Of a stretch of 58,151 nt of DNA, positions 26,910 to 37,412 are shown piece after piece. The stretch lies in NCBI GenBank assembly GCA_041690355.1, contig JAWLHK010000012.1:62001-120151 (forward strand), given 5' to 3'. The stretch's first letter is position 1. Each line of letters opens with the position of its first letter. Position numbers and translations under genes: made by a program. This DNA comes from a bacterium. GTDB taxonomy: Bacteria > J088 > JAWLBW01. The notes below the pieces were generated by a model. That model saw only the letters and a list, made by a program, of their open reading frames with translations. It searched no databases and had not been told where the DNA came from.

Positions 26910-28787
26910 ATGCTGAGGACCGACGGAATCTGGTTCAAGGACGAAACCGGACGCACGAGAATCCTGCGCGGCGTGAATCTGGGCGGAAGCACGAAGGTCC
27001 CCTGTCGCCCCGACGGCAGCACCCACCGCGCCGAAGCGCTCACCGATTCGCGGCAGGTCTCCTTCGTCGGGCGGCCGTTTCCGCTCGAGGAGGCGGACGA
27101 ACATTTCGATCGCCTGCGCCGCTGGGGGCTGACGTTTCTGCGCTTTCTGATCACGTGGGAAGCCGTCGAGCATGAAGGTCCCGGCCGGTACGACGAAGAT
27201 TACCTGAGGTATCTCGCGGCCGTCGTGCGCAAGGCCGGCGAAAAGGGGTTCCTGCTCTTCATCGATCCGCATGAGGACGTGTGGAGCCGCTTCAGCGGCG
27301 GCGACGGCGCCCCCGGGTGGACCCTCGAGGCGGCCGGATTCGATCTGCTGAACCTGCACGCCTCCGGCGCCGCCTTCGTCCACGGCCGGCACCACCCGAA
27401 GCGCTACCCGCGCATGATCTGGCCGACGAACGCCACCAAGCTGGCCGCCGCCACGATGTTCACGCTCTTCTTCGGCAGCAACACGTATGCGCCGCGCACG
27501 ACGGTCGAGGGTGAGCCGATCCAGGAGTATCTGCAGCGGCATTACTGCGCGGCCATGCGCGAAGTCATGCTGCGCCTGCGCGGCATGCCGCACGTGGTCG
27601 GCTTCGACACCATGAACGAACCGTTCGCCGGCTGGATCGGTTGGCCGGATCTGCAGAAGACCGGAGGCCTCGTGCGCCTCGGCGACACCCCCACCCCGCT
27701 GCAATCGATGGCGCTCGGCGACGGCATTCCACAGGAGGTCGACGTCTGGGGGGTCGGTCTGCGCGGCCCGCAGAAGGTCTCGACCCGCCTCGTGAATCCG
27801 GCCGGGGTGCGCGCGTGGCGGCAGGAGCGCACCTGCGTATGGCGCGAGAACGGCGTATGGGATGTCGACGGTGGCGGAAAGCCACGGCTGCTGCGCCCCG
27901 ACTGGTTCGCGCGTTACGGCGCCGGCAAGGCGGATTTCGCCCGGGATTTCTACCGGCCGTTCGCCAACCGGGTCGCCGCCGCGGTGCGCGAGGCGCAGCC
28001 GAAGACGATGATATTCATCGAAGCCGAGACCGGTCAACAGCCGCCGGAGTGGAAAGAAGGCGACGCGCGGAACATCGTCTTCGCCCCGCACTGGTACGAC
28101 GGGCTCACGCTCTTTCTCAAGCGTTACTTCTCGTGGCTCGGCGTCGACTACCGCAATCAGAAGCCGGTTTTCGGCCGCCGTGCCGTGCTGCGTGCCTTCA
28201 TTGCCCAACTGCGGGATCTGCGGGACGCGGCCACGACGAAGCTCGGCGGCGTGCCCACGGTGATCGGAGAGTTCGGCATCCCGTTCGACATGAACGAGCG
28301 CAAGGCCTATCGAACGGGGAACTACCGGGATCAGATCGCGGCGCTCGACCGAAGCTTTCAGGCGCTCGATGCGAACCTTCTCAGCGCAACGCTGTGGAAC
28401 TACACGGCCGACAACACGCATCCGCTGGGAGACCGCTGGAACGAAGAAGACCTGTCGATCTTCAGCCGTGACGACCGGAGAGACCCAATGGACCCGGATT
28501 CCGGCGGGCGCGCCCTCGAGGCCGCCGTCCGCCCCTATCCCATGGCCGTCGCCGGAGAGCCGCTCACGTTCCACTACGATCTGAAGCGGCGCAGGTTCAC
28601 GTTCCGCTACCGGCCAGACCCGGCGGTCACTTCGGAGACCGAACTCTTTGTGCCGGCGCTGACCTATCCGCGTGGAGTTCGGGTTACGATCCGCGGAGGA
28701 ACGTGGACCCACGATATTCCCAAGCAGGTTCTGCGGCTGCGCGCCGACGGCGGCGGCGAGGTCTCGGTCGTCATCGAACCCGCCTGA
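26910..28787 (+). CDS. Glycoside hydrolase family 5, endoglycoceramidase/glucosylceramidase-like
   Basis: LRGVNLGG, WEAVEH, DPHEDVWSRFSGGDGAP, NEP acid/base, IGEFG nucleophile, WNY, RPYP. Alternative start at 26895. Confidence 0.9.
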   Translation: MLRTDGIWFKDETGRTRILRGVNLGGSTKVPCRPDGSTHRAEALTDSRQVSFVGRPFPLEEADEHFDRLRRWGLTFLRFLITWEAVEHEGPGRYDEDYLRYLAAVVRKAGEKGFLLFIDPHEDVWSRFSGGDGAPGWTLEAAGFDLLNLHASGAAFVHGRHHPKRYPRMIWPTNATKLAAATMFTLFFGSNTYAPRTTVEGEPIQEYLQRHYCAAMREVMLRLRGMPHVVGFDTMNEPFAGWIGWPDLQKTGGLVRLGDTPTPLQSMALGDGIPQEVDVWGVGLRGPQKVSTRLVNPAGVRAWRQERTCVWRENGVWDVDGGGKPRLLRPDWFARYGAGKADFARDFYRPFANRVAAAVREAQPKTMIFIEAETGQQPPEWKEGDARNIVFAPHWYDGLTLFLKRYFSWLGVDYRNQKPVFGRRAVLRAFIAQLRDLRDAATTKLGGVPTVIGEFGIPFDMNERKAYRTGNYRDQIAALDRSFQALDANLLSATLWNYTADNTHPLGDRWNEEDLSIFSRDDRRDPMDPDSGGRALEAAVRPYPMAVAGEPLTFHYDLKRRRFTFRYRPDPAVTSETELFVPALTYPRGVRVTIRGGTWTHDIPKQVLRLRADGGGEVSVVIEPA

Positions 28788-28791
28788 CCCC

Positions 28792-29919
28792 TCAGGAAAG
28801 GATGTGCCGGAGCGCGGCGACGAGCGTTTCGATCACGTCTTCCGATGCGTTGATCCCCATCAACCCGACACGCCAGGTATCTCCCGCCCATTCCCCGAGA
28901 CCGGCGCCGACCTCGATCCCCTGGGCCAGCAGTTCGGGGCGGCGGCCAGCTTTGCCCTCCGGGGGAATTACCGCGTGCAGCATCGGGGCGCGATGTTCCG
29001 GATTTCCAACCCGGTAGCGGAAACCGAGAGCTTCGAGTGCCTGCGTGAGCCGGTCGCCCATCTGAAGATGGCTTGCCCAGCGATTCTCCAGCCCCTCTTC
29101 CAGCGCGAGCCGGGCCCCCTCGTGCAACGCGTATACACTCGTGATCGGCGCCGTATGGTGGTAGACGCGCGTCCCCTCGCCCGAGGTCCAGTAGCGGGTC
29201 AGCAGCGACAGATCGAAGTACCAGCTGGGGACGGGATGCTTGCGGGCGGCCAGCTTCGCGAGCGCGCGCTCGCCCAGGGTCACCGGCGCAAGACCGGGGG
29301 TCACGTTGAGGCACTTCTGCGTGCCGGAGAAGGCGGCGTCGGCCTGCCACGCATCGATGCGCACGGGCGCGCCGCCGAGCGAAGTCACGCAATCGACGAG
29401 GAAAAGGCCGTCGTGGCTGCGGGCGATCGCGCCGAACGCTTCCATGGCGGGCTGCAGGACACCGGTCGACGTCTCGGCGTGCACAATCCACACTGCTTTC
29501 GCATCCGGATGCGCCTTCCACGCGGCCGCAACGGCGTCGGGCGCAATCGGTTCCCCCCAGGGCGCGTCGACGGGAATCGGGCGGGCGCCCAGTTTGGTCA
29601 GGGCGTCGCCGATGCGGCCGCCGAACACGCCGTTGCGCCCGACGATCACTTCGTCGCCCGGCTCGAACAGGTTCGCGGCAAGCAGCTCCATTCCGGCGGA
29701 TCCCGTCCCCGACGCAGCGAAGGTTACCTTATTCTCCGTCTGAAACAGCTGCCGGAGCATGCCCTGCAGCTCGTCGAGGATCTGCGTGAAGACCGGATCG
29801 AGGTGCCCGACCAGCGGCAGCGCCGATACCCGCAGAACGCTTTCGGGGGAATTGCTGGGACCCGGGCCGAGAAGGAGGCGCGGGGGGATGCGGTCAAGGA
29901 TCGACGGAGGGAGAGGCAT
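28792..29919 (-). CDS. Alanine-glyoxylate / serine-pyruvate aminotransferase (class V)
   Basis: LLGPGPS, HAETSTGV, DCVTSLGG, SGTQKCL, YHHT. Confidence 0.92.
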   Translation of the reverse strand: MPLPPSILDRIPPRLLLGPGPSNSPESVLRVSALPLVGHLDPVFTQILDELQGMLRQLFQTENKVTFAASGTGSAGMELLAANLFEPGDEVIVGRNGVFGGRIGDALTKLGARPIPVDAPWGEPIAPDAVAAAWKAHPDAKAVWIVHAETSTGVLQPAMEAFGAIARSHDGLFLVDCVTSLGGAPVRIDAWQADAAFSGTQKCLNVTPGLAPVTLGERALAKLAARKHPVPSWYFDLSLLTRYWTSGEGTRVYHHTAPITSVYALHEGARLALEEGLENRWASHLQMGDRLTQALEALGFRYRVGNPEHRAPMLHAVIPPEGKAGRRPELLAQGIEVGAGLGEWAGDTWRVGLMGINASEDVIETLVAALRHILS

Positions 29920-29973
29920 GGCAGTCGTCAGTCGAAAGTCTCTGGTCACCGGTCAGGAAGCAAGAGAGCGGAA

Positions 29974-31143
29974 TCAGGAATGGCGGGGCGCGCCCAGGAC
30001 ATCCGCGATGGCCTGCGCCGCGCCGAGAACCTGCGCCTCCGTGTGCGCGGCGGTGACCGTGGTGCGCAGCCGGCTGGTTCCCTCCGGAACGGTCGGCGGA
30101 CGGATCGCCTGCATATGATACCCCCGCTCGAACAGCCGCTGCGAGGCCGCAACCGCCTCTTCGGGGGCGCCAAGCACGAGCGGAACGATGGGCGATTCTC
30201 CCAGCGCACGATGGCCGGCCTTGCGCAGGGCCGCACGGTACGCGGCCGTGAGCTGCCAGAGCTTCGCGATACGCTGCGGCTCCTGTTCCAGGATGTCGAG
30301 CGACGCCAGGGCCGCGCCCGCGGCCGCCGGCGGGAGCGCCGTCGTGAAGATGAAGCTGCGGCTGCGGTTGACGAGCAGGTCGATCAGCTCGCGGCGGCCG
30401 GCTACGTAAGCGCCGAAAGACCCGAGCGATTTGCCGAGCGTACCCATCTGAACCCCGACGGCCCAGCGAAGATTGAAGTGATCGACCACGCCCCGCCCGT
30501 TCTTGCCGAAGACCCCCGTGCCGTGCGCCTCGTCGACCATGATCTCGGCGCCGTATTTATGCGCGACGGGAACGATCTCCGGCAGGGGCGCCAGGTCGCC
30601 GTCCATGGAAAAGAGGGAATCGGTGACGACGAGCTTTTTGCCCGGCTTGTCGGCGTCGGCCGCCAGCAAATCCGAAAGATGCTGTACGTCGCCGTGCCGG
30701 TAGACGCGCACCGTGGCGCGCGAGAGGCGGCAGCCGTCGATAAGCGACGCGTGGTTCAGCGCATCCGAATAGATGTGGTCATCGGGCCCGACGAGGGCCG
30801 TGATGATTCCGATGTTCGCGTGGTAGCCGGAGTTGTAGAGCAGCGCAGCCTGGGTCCCTTTGAAGGCGGCAAGGCGCGCCTCCAGTTCCTCGTGGATGGC
30901 GAGGTTGCCGCTGATGAGGCGGCTGCCGCCCGAGCCCGCGCCGTACTGCTCGACGGCCCGGATGGCGCCGGCGCGCACGCGCGGGTCGGCCGCGAGCCCA
31001 AGGTAATCATTCGAGCAGAAGCCGAGCACCGTCTTTCCATCGATCGCGTACTCGGCGCCCGTCGGGCCGTCGACGCGCCGCAGAGAGCGCCAGAGCCCGC
31101 TCGCGCGGATCTTCTCGAGGATCGGTTTCAGATCGATGGGCAT
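29974..31143 (-). CDS. bioF: 8-amino-7-oxononanoate synthase
   Basis: SNDYLGL, NHASLIDG, SMDGD, DEAH, TLGK, AIRPPTVP. Confidence 0.95.
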   Translation of the reverse strand: MPIDLKPILEKIRASGLWRSLRRVDGPTGAEYAIDGKTVLGFCSNDYLGLAADPRVRAGAIRAVEQYGAGSGGSRLISGNLAIHEELEARLAAFKGTQAALLYNSGYHANIGIITALVGPDDHIYSDALNHASLIDGCRLSRATVRVYRHGDVQHLSDLLAADADKPGKKLVVTDSLFSMDGDLAPLPEIVPVAHKYGAEIMVDEAHGTGVFGKNGRGVVDHFNLRWAVGVQMGTLGKSLGSFGAYVAGRRELIDLLVNRSRSFIFTTALPPAAAGAALASLDILEQEPQRIAKLWQLTAAYRAALRKAGHRALGESPIVPLVLGAPEEAVAASQRLFERGYHMQAIRPPTVPEGTSRLRTTVTAAHTEAQVLGAAQAIADVLGAPRHS

Positions 31144-31985
31144 CAGCGGATCGGAATCCCCTTCTCCTTCAAGTAGCGCTTCACCTCAGGAACGGGGATC
31201 TCATTGAAGTGGAAGACGCTCGCCGCCAGGGCCGCATCTGCGCGCCCCTCGGTGAAGCCGGTGAGGAAATGTTCGAGCTTCCCCACGCCCCCCGAGGCGA
31301 TGACCGGGATACGCACCGCGTCGCTCACGGCGCGCGTGACACCGATGTCGTAGCCGTCCTTGGTTCCGTCCTTGTCCATGGACGTAAGCAGAATTTCACC
31401 AGCGCCCAGGCTTTCCATCCAGCGCGCCCAGCGCACGGCATCGATTCCCGTGCGGTTGCGTCCACCATGGGTGAAGACCTCCCACTGCGAATCCTCGCGC
31501 ACCCAGACGTCGGCTTCGGGATGCCGCGCCTTCCACTCCCACTCCGGAAACGTCTGGGCCGCCTGCTCGGGCTTGAGCGTCGCGACGGCCTTGGCGTCGA
31601 TGGCGACGACGATGCACTGATCGCCGAAGCGCCGCGCGGCGTCGCGCACGAAGTCGGGGTTCTGCACGGCGCGCGTGTTGATCGACACCTTGTCGGCGCC
31701 GGCGCGAAGCAGATTCTTGATGTCGTCGAGCGTGCGCACGCCGCCCCCCACGGTGAGCGGAATGAACACCGATTCGGCCGTGCGGCGTACGACGTCGATC
31801 ATCGTGTTCCGGTTATCGCTGCTGGCGGTGATGTCGAGAAAGCAGATCTCGTCGGCGCCGGCCGCGTTGTAGGCCGCGGCGGTTTCGACCGGGTCGCCGG
31901 CGTCTCGCAGCTGCACGAAGTTGACCCCTTTGACGACGCGGCCGTCCTTCACGTCGAGGCAGGGAATGATGCGCTTGGCGAGCAT
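31143..31985 (-). CDS. hisF: Imidazole glycerol phosphate synthase cyclase subunit
   Basis: [32 protein letters not shown]. Confidence 0.98.
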   Translation of the reverse strand: MLAKRIIPCLDVKDGRVVKGVNFVQLRDAGDPVETAAAYNAAGADEICFLDITASSDNRNTMIDVVRRTAESVFIPLTVGGGVRTLDDIKNLLRAGADKVSINTRAVQNPDFVRDAARRFGDQCIVVAIDAKAVATLKPEQAAQTFPEWEWKARHPEADVWVREDSQWEVFTHGGRNRTGIDAVRWARWMESLGAGEILLTSMDKDGTKDGYDIGVTRAVSDAVRIPVIASGGVGKLEHFLTGFTEGRADAALAASVFHFNEIPVPEVKRYLKEKGIPIR

Positions 31986-32707
31986 CAGCCGTTCTCCCCG
32001 ATGGCGAGCGCATCGGCGAGCGCGATGTTGCCGTTGTAGAGCGCCTTGCCGACGATGGAGCCGACGATCCCCGGGTGCTTCGCGAGCGCGCGCAGGTCGT
32101 CGAGGGTGCTGATGCCACCCGAGGCGATGACCGGGATCGGGCTGGCCCCGGCCATTTCGGCCGTCGCCGGGATATTCGGTCCGCTCAACATGCCGTCGCG
32201 GCTGATATCCGTGTAGATGATGGCGGATACGCCGGCATCGCCCAGTACCTTCGCCAGATCGACGGCGCGGGTCGCGCTCGTCTCGGCCCAGCCGCGGATG
32301 GCGACCAGGCCGCCGCGGGCGTCGATGCCGACCGCAATCCGCCCGGGATATTTCGCGCAGGCCTCGCGCACGAGCTGCGGGTTCTCGAGCGCAGCCGTTC
32401 CGAGGATGACCCGCTCGACCCCCATGCCGAGATAGGCGTCGATGCGCTGCATGTCACGGATGCCGCCACCGATCTGCACGCGGGCCTTCACCCGCTTGAC
32501 GATGGCCTCGACAGCCTTGCCGTTGACCTGCTCGCCTTGCACGGCGCCGTCCAGATCGACGACGTGGATCCACCCCGATCCCTGCGCCTCCCACTCGGCG
32601 GCCTGGTCGGCGGGATTCTCATTGTAGACGGTCACCTGATCCATCTCGCCTTGGCGCAGACGAACGCAGCGGCCGTCCTTGATGTCGATTGCGGGGTAGA
32701 TTTCCAT
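31985..32707 (-). CDS. hisA: ProFAR isomerase
   Basis: [29 protein letters not shown]. Confidence 0.97.
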   Translation of the reverse strand: MEIYPAIDIKDGRCVRLRQGEMDQVTVYNENPADQAAEWEAQGSGWIHVVDLDGAVQGEQVNGKAVEAIVKRVKARVQIGGGIRDMQRIDAYLGMGVERVILGTAALENPQLVREACAKYPGRIAVGIDARGGLVAIRGWAETSATRAVDLAKVLGDAGVSAIIYTDISRDGMLSGPNIPATAEMAGASPIPVIASGGISTLDDLRALAKHPGIVGSIVGKALYNGNIALADALAIGENG

Positions 32708-32729
32708 GATGCGGTATCTCAGAGAAGAT

Positions 32730-33350
32730 TCACTTGATCGCTTCGGCCGCGAAGAGCTCGAGCAGGCGCAGGCCGACCGCCCCGCTCTTTTCCGGGTGAA
32801 ACTGGGCGGCGACGATGTTGTCCCGCGACGCCATGGCGCAGAACTCGATGCCGTACTCGCAGGTGGCGGCGACATGCGCGTCGTTCGCCGCGGCGACGTA
32901 GTAGCTGTGCACGAAATACACATGCATTCCGTCAAGCTCGCGCAGGGCGGGGTGCCGGACGCGCAGTTCGTTCCACCCCATGTGCGGAACCTTGAGGCGT
33001 TCGCCCTGCCAGGCCAGATCGTCGGGGAACTTCAGGACGCGGCCGGGGAAAAGGCCGAGCCCCTCGTGATCGCCGTATTCCTCGCTGTGATCGAAGAAGA
33101 GCTGCATGCCGAGACATACGCCGAGCAGCGGCGTTCCGGCTTTCGCCACTTCCTGCACGGCCGCGTCCATGCCGCGCTCGCGCAGGTGGGCCATGGCGTC
33201 GGGAAACGCCCCGACCCCGGGCACGACGACCTGCGCGGCCTTGCGCACGACGTCGGGGTCCTCGGAGGTCTGCGCCTGCAGCCCGAGCGATTCGAAGGCT
33301 TTCTGCACGCTGCGCAGATTGCCCATGCCATAGTCCACGATGGTAATCAT
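32730..33350 (-). CDS. hisH: IGP synthase glutaminase subunit
   Basis: DYGMGNL, PGVG, GVCLGMQ, QFHPEKS. Confidence 0.98.
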   Translation of the reverse strand: MITIVDYGMGNLRSVQKAFESLGLQAQTSEDPDVVRKAAQVVVPGVGAFPDAMAHLRERGMDAAVQEVAKAGTPLLGVCLGMQLFFDHSEEYGDHEGLGLFPGRVLKFPDDLAWQGERLKVPHMGWNELRVRHPALRELDGMHVYFVHSYYVAAANDAHVAATCEYGIEFCAMASRDNIVAAQFHPEKSGAVGLRLLELFAAEAIK

Positions 33351-33363
33351 GTCACTTCAGAGA

Positions 33364-33513
33364 AAGCGCTGAGCGCCAAGCACCAAGCACTGAGAATGCA
33401 ACCGACTCGGATTTGTGCCCTTTCCGGTAACTCGTCACCCGTCACTCGTAACTCGTAACTTCGTGTGACTCGTCACTGGAAAAATCGTCAATCGTAAATC
33501 GTAAATCGTCAAT
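33364..33513. repeat. Compound element of three heptamer classes inside the his operon
   Basis: AGCRCYA array 33364-33394, GCCCTTTC 33417-33424, TCGT(A/C)AC array 33427-33477, TCGT(A/C)AA array 33483-33513. Confidence 0.9.
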
Positions 33514-34107
33514 TTAGAGCAGGCCTTTGGTGCTCGGGAGCCCCTGCACCCTGCCTTCGACGCGCACCGCCTTCGAGAGCGCCTTCGTGAACGACTTGAA
33601 GGTCCCTTCGATGATGTGGTGCATGTTCTCGCCGCGCAGCAGATCGAGGTGCATCGTGACGCCGGCATGGTTGCAGAAGGCGATCAGGAACTCCTGCACC
33701 AGCTCGGCGTCGAACGTGCCCACCTTGGCGTGCGGATACTTCACGTTGAAGAAGAGAAACGGGCGGCCGCAGATATCCAGCGACGTGCGGATGAGCGCTT
33801 CCTGCATCGGAAGCGTGCATTCGCCGTACCGGTTGATTCCCTGCATGTCGCCGAGCGCCTTCTTGAACGCCTGCCCCAGACAGATGCCGACGTCTTCGAC
33901 GGTGTGGTGGAAATCGATTTCGACGTCCCCCTCGGCGTCGACGGTCAGATCGAAGCCGCCGTGCCGGGCGAGCTGCTCCAGCATGTGGGTGAAGAACGGC
34001 ACCGGGGTCTTGACCATGTAGGCCCCCGTTCCGTCCAGGTTCACGGTCAGCGAGATGCGGGTTTCCTTGGTCTCTCGCTTGACTTCGCCGATGCGATTGC
34101 GGCCCAT
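33514..34107 (-). CDS. hisB: Imidazoleglycerol-phosphate dehydratase
   Basis: RETKET, HHTVED, NMHHIIE, PSTKG. Confidence 0.98.
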   Translation of the reverse strand: MGRNRIGEVKRETKETRISLTVNLDGTGAYMVKTPVPFFTHMLEQLARHGGFDLTVDAEGDVEIDFHHTVEDVGICLGQAFKKALGDMQGINRYGECTLPMQEALIRTSLDICGRPFLFFNVKYPHAKVGTFDAELVQEFLIAFCNHAGVTMHLDLLRGENMHHIIEGTFKSFTKALSKAVRVEGRVQGLPSTKGLL

Positions 34108-34128
34108 GTTCTCACTCCTCGAACAGGT

Positions 34129-35430
34129 TCACTGCCGGATGCGTACCGAGTTGCCGTGCGCCGTCAATCCCTCGGCGTCGGCCAGCGTCGTAATGTTGCG
34201 CCCTTCGGCGGCGAGCGCCTGCGGGCCGAAGCGGATGACGCTGCTCCGCTTGATGAAATCGTAGGGTCCGAGCGGCGAGCTGAAGCGCGCCGTGCCTCCC
34301 GTGGGGAGCACGTGGTTCGGACCGGCAACGTAATCCCCAACCGCTTCGGGCGTGTGGTGCCCGAGAAAGATCGCGCCCGCGTGGCGAATCCCCGCCAGCA
34401 GCGCTTCGGCGTCGTCGCAGCAGATCTCAAGGTGCTCGGCGGCGAACCGGTTCGCGAGTTCGACGGCCTCTTCGCGCGTCTTCGTCTCGACGAGCACGCC
34501 ATGGCGCGCCAGCGAGGCGCGAGCGATGGCCGATCGCGAGAGCGCCGCCGAGTGGACCTCGAGCGCCGCCGCGACCTTGTCGACCAGGCCGGGGGTCCAC
34601 GTGATGAAGCGCGGCACCGCGTCCTCATCATGTTCCGCCTGGCTCAGCAGATCCATGGCGACCCAGTCCGGATTCGCCGTGCCGTCGGCCAGAACGAGAA
34701 TTTCGCTCGGGCCGGCAATCATGTCGATGCTGACGGCGCCGAAGACGAGCCGTTTGGCGGCGGCGACGTACTTGTTGCCCGGCCCGACGATCTTGTCGAC
34801 GCGCGGCAATCCGGCGCTCCCGTAGGCCAGCGCGGCCACGGCCTGGGCGCCGCCGACGCGGAAAATGCGGTCGACGCCGGCCACCTCGGCGGCGGCGAGC
34901 ACGAGCGGGGGTATGCCGTCGCGGCCCGGCGGCGTAACCATGACGACTTCGGGCACGCCGGCGATCTTGGCCGGAATCGCGTTCATGAGCACCGACGACG
35001 GATAGGCCGCCTTGCCCCCCGGCACATAGAGGCCGACGCGATCCATCGGGGTCACTTTCTGCCCGAGGGTCTCGTCGCCGCGGCTGGCCATCCACCCCTT
35101 GGGGACCAGCTTCTTCTGGTAGGCGCGGATGCGCTTCGCGGCAGCCTTGAGCGCGCGCACTTCTTCTTTCGGCGCCTTGCGCAAAGCGGCGCGGCGTTCC
35201 TCGGTCGTCACCTCGAGGGCCTCGACCGTCAGCTTGACGCCGTCGAAGCGCGCCGTGTAATTGAGGAGCGCCTCCACGCCGCGCGCGCGCACGGTGTCGA
35301 TGATCTCGCGCACCGCCGGCTCCACGTCGGTCGTGGAGTCGACGCCGACGACGGCCTCGGTTTCCAGGTACTGCCGGAACTCGGGTTGGTCGGAACGGAA
35401 GCGGCGGATCGAAAAGGCAACCGTGCTCAC
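34129..35430 (-). CDS. hisD: Histidinol dehydrogenase
   Basis: YVPGG, GPGN, DMIAGPSE, SQAEH, EHLE, GDYVAGPNHVLPT. Confidence 0.98.
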   Translation of the reverse strand: MSTVAFSIRRFRSDQPEFRQYLETEAVVGVDSTTDVEPAVREIIDTVRARGVEALLNYTARFDGVKLTVEALEVTTEERRAALRKAPKEEVRALKAAAKRIRAYQKKLVPKGWMASRGDETLGQKVTPMDRVGLYVPGGKAAYPSSVLMNAIPAKIAGVPEVVMVTPPGRDGIPPLVLAAAEVAGVDRIFRVGGAQAVAALAYGSAGLPRVDKIVGPGNKYVAAAKRLVFGAVSIDMIAGPSEILVLADGTANPDWVAMDLLSQAEHDEDAVPRFITWTPGLVDKVAAALEVHSAALSRSAIARASLARHGVLVETKTREEAVELANRFAAEHLEICCDDAEALLAGIRHAGAIFLGHHTPEAVGDYVAGPNHVLPTGGTARFSSPLGPYDFIKRSSVIRFGPQALAAEGRNITTLADAEGLTAHGNSVRIRQ

Positions 35431-36056
35431 GAGCCCACCTGTTCGCAGACGGCCCGCAGGCGCGCGACCAGATCCTTCACGGCGGCGCTGCGCGTCTTCA
35501 GGCTGGCCCGGTTGACGATCAGGGCCGAGCTGATCTCGCGGATGACCTCGACCTCTTCGAGGCCGTTCTCGAGCAGCGTGCGGCCCGAAGAGACCAGGTC
35601 AACGATGCAGTCGGAGAGTCCGGTCAGCGGCGCCAGCTCGATGGAACCGTAGAGCTTCACGATCTCGATCTGACGGCCGCGCGCGCTGAAGAACTGCTCG
35701 GCCAGCCGCGGATATTTCGTGGCCACGACCAGCGGCTGCGGTTCGCTCTGATCTCCCTTGCGGCGCGCGACGCTCAGCCGGCACCTGCCGATGCCGAGAT
35801 CGAGCGGTTCGTAGACGTCGGGCGCCGCTTCGAGCAGCGTATCCTTACCGACGATGCCGAGATCGGCCGCGCCGTGCTCCACATAAACGGGCACGTCCGT
35901 GGCGCGCACGATCATGACGCGCAGATTGTCTTCGGGCACTTCATGGATGAGCAGGCGCGAGTCACCCGTCCACGCTGCGGGGTTGAACCCGGCGCGGCGG
36001 AAGAGTTCGGCGGCTTCTTCCAGAATGCGGCCCTTGGCCATCGCGATCGTCAGCAT
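35427..36056 (-). CDS. hisG: ATP phosphoribosyltransferase (short form)
   Basis: AKGR, ATKYP, GSIELAP, DLVSSGRTL; 209 aa with no C-terminal regulatory domain. Confidence 0.97.
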   Translation of the reverse strand: MLTIAMAKGRILEEAAELFRRAGFNPAAWTGDSRLLIHEVPEDNLRVMIVRATDVPVYVEHGAADLGIVGKDTLLEAAPDVYEPLDLGIGRCRLSVARRKGDQSEPQPLVVATKYPRLAEQFFSARGRQIEIVKLYGSIELAPLTGLSDCIVDLVSSGRTLLENGLEEVEVIREISSALIVNRASLKTRSAAVKDLVARLRAVCEQVGS

Positions 36057-36073
36057 GATTCCCTTGCCATCCG

Positions 36074-37339
36074 TCAGAACAGGGTCGGCTCGCGCACCCG
36101 CTCGACACGGGCCCCCAGCGCCGACAGTTTCTCTTCGATCTTCTCGTATCCGCGATCCAGGTGGTAAATGCGGTTCACCTGGGTCGTTCCCTCGGCCACC
36201 AGCCCGGCGAGCACGAGCGCGGCGCTGGCGCGCAGATCGCTCGCCATCACGGGGGCGCCGAAGAGCCGCGGCACGCCGCGCACGGTGGCGGTTTTACCCT
36301 CCACTTCAATCTGCGCGCCCATGCGGCGCAGCTCGCTCACGTGCATGAAGCGGTTCTCGAAGACGTTCTCGGTCATGACGCTCGTGCCGTCGCTCAGGCA
36401 CTGCAGCGCCATGAGCTGCGCCTGCATGTCGGTGGGGAATCCGGGGTACGGCCAGGTCTTCACGGAAATTCCCTTCGGCGCGCGATCGAGCGAAGCGCGG
36501 ATCCAGTCGGGCCCGATTTCGAGGGTGACGCCGGCTTCGCGCAGTTTCTCGAGCAGCGGCTCCTGGTGCCGCGGATCGCAGTGGGTCACGCGCACGTCGC
36601 CGCGTGTAATCGCGGCGGCGCAGAGAAACGTGCCCGCTTCGATGCGGTCGGCGATGACCGAATGCCGTACGGGGCGCAGCTCGCGCACCCCTTCGACGCG
36701 GATGACGTCGGTGCCCGCTCCCTGAATCCTGGCGCCGGCCTTGGTGAGAAAATCCGCCAGATCGACAATTTCCGGTTCGCGGGCGGCGTTCTCGATGATC
36801 GTCTCGCCTTCGGCCAGGGTCGCGGCCATGAGCACGTTCTCGGTGCCGCCGACCGTCGAGATGTCGAAGTAGATGCGCGCGCCGCGCAGGCGATCAGCCG
36901 AGGCCTCGACGTAGCCGTGCTTGAGCTCGACCTTCGCGCCCAGCTTCTCGAATCCCTTGAGGTGCAGATCGATGGGGCGCTCGCCGATGGCGCATCCGCC
37001 GGGCAGGCTGACACGCGCCTTGCCCCAGCGGGCGAGCAGCGGCCCCAGCACGAGCACCGAGGCGCGCATGGTGCGCACGAGATCGTACGGCGCCTCGAAC
37101 GTGTGCACGTTGTCAGCCGAGATGGCCAGCGTGTCGCCATCGCGGCGCACGGTCGTCCCCAGCGTCTCCATCAGGCCGCCCATGGTGCGGATGTCCTTGA
37201 GGCCGGGCACGTTGCGCAGCACGCTCTCGCCCTCGGTCAGCAGCGCGGCTGCCATGAGGGGAAGCGCAGAGTTCTTGGAGCCCGAGGTGCGGACTTCACC
37301 GGCGAGCCGATACCCGCCTTCGATGACGATCGATTCCAT
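36074..37339 (-). CDS. murA: UDP-N-acetylglucosamine 1-carboxyvinyltransferase
   Basis: [34 protein letters not shown]. Confidence 0.98.
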   Translation of the reverse strand: MESIVIEGGYRLAGEVRTSGSKNSALPLMAAALLTEGESVLRNVPGLKDIRTMGGLMETLGTTVRRDGDTLAISADNVHTFEAPYDLVRTMRASVLVLGPLLARWGKARVSLPGGCAIGERPIDLHLKGFEKLGAKVELKHGYVEASADRLRGARIYFDISTVGGTENVLMAATLAEGETIIENAAREPEIVDLADFLTKAGARIQGAGTDVIRVEGVRELRPVRHSVIADRIEAGTFLCAAAITRGDVRVTHCDPRHQEPLLEKLREAGVTLEIGPDWIRASLDRAPKGISVKTWPYPGFPTDMQAQLMALQCLSDGTSVMTENVFENRFMHVSELRRMGAQIEVEGKTATVRGVPRLFGAPVMASDLRASAALVLAGLVAEGTTQVNRIYHLDRGYEKIEEKLSALGARVERVREPTLF

Positions 37340-37412
37340 GTGGAAAGCGCAGGGTTTTCAGTGGACGAAAAAGCGGCGGCGGGCCGGTCCCCGGCCGCAT
37401 GCCGTGAATCTT

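Noticed and set aside
31143-36056. Absence of hisC, hisI/E and hisZ from the his cluster
   Set aside because: Split his operons with short HisG are ordinary; the genes are probably elsewhere in the genome.
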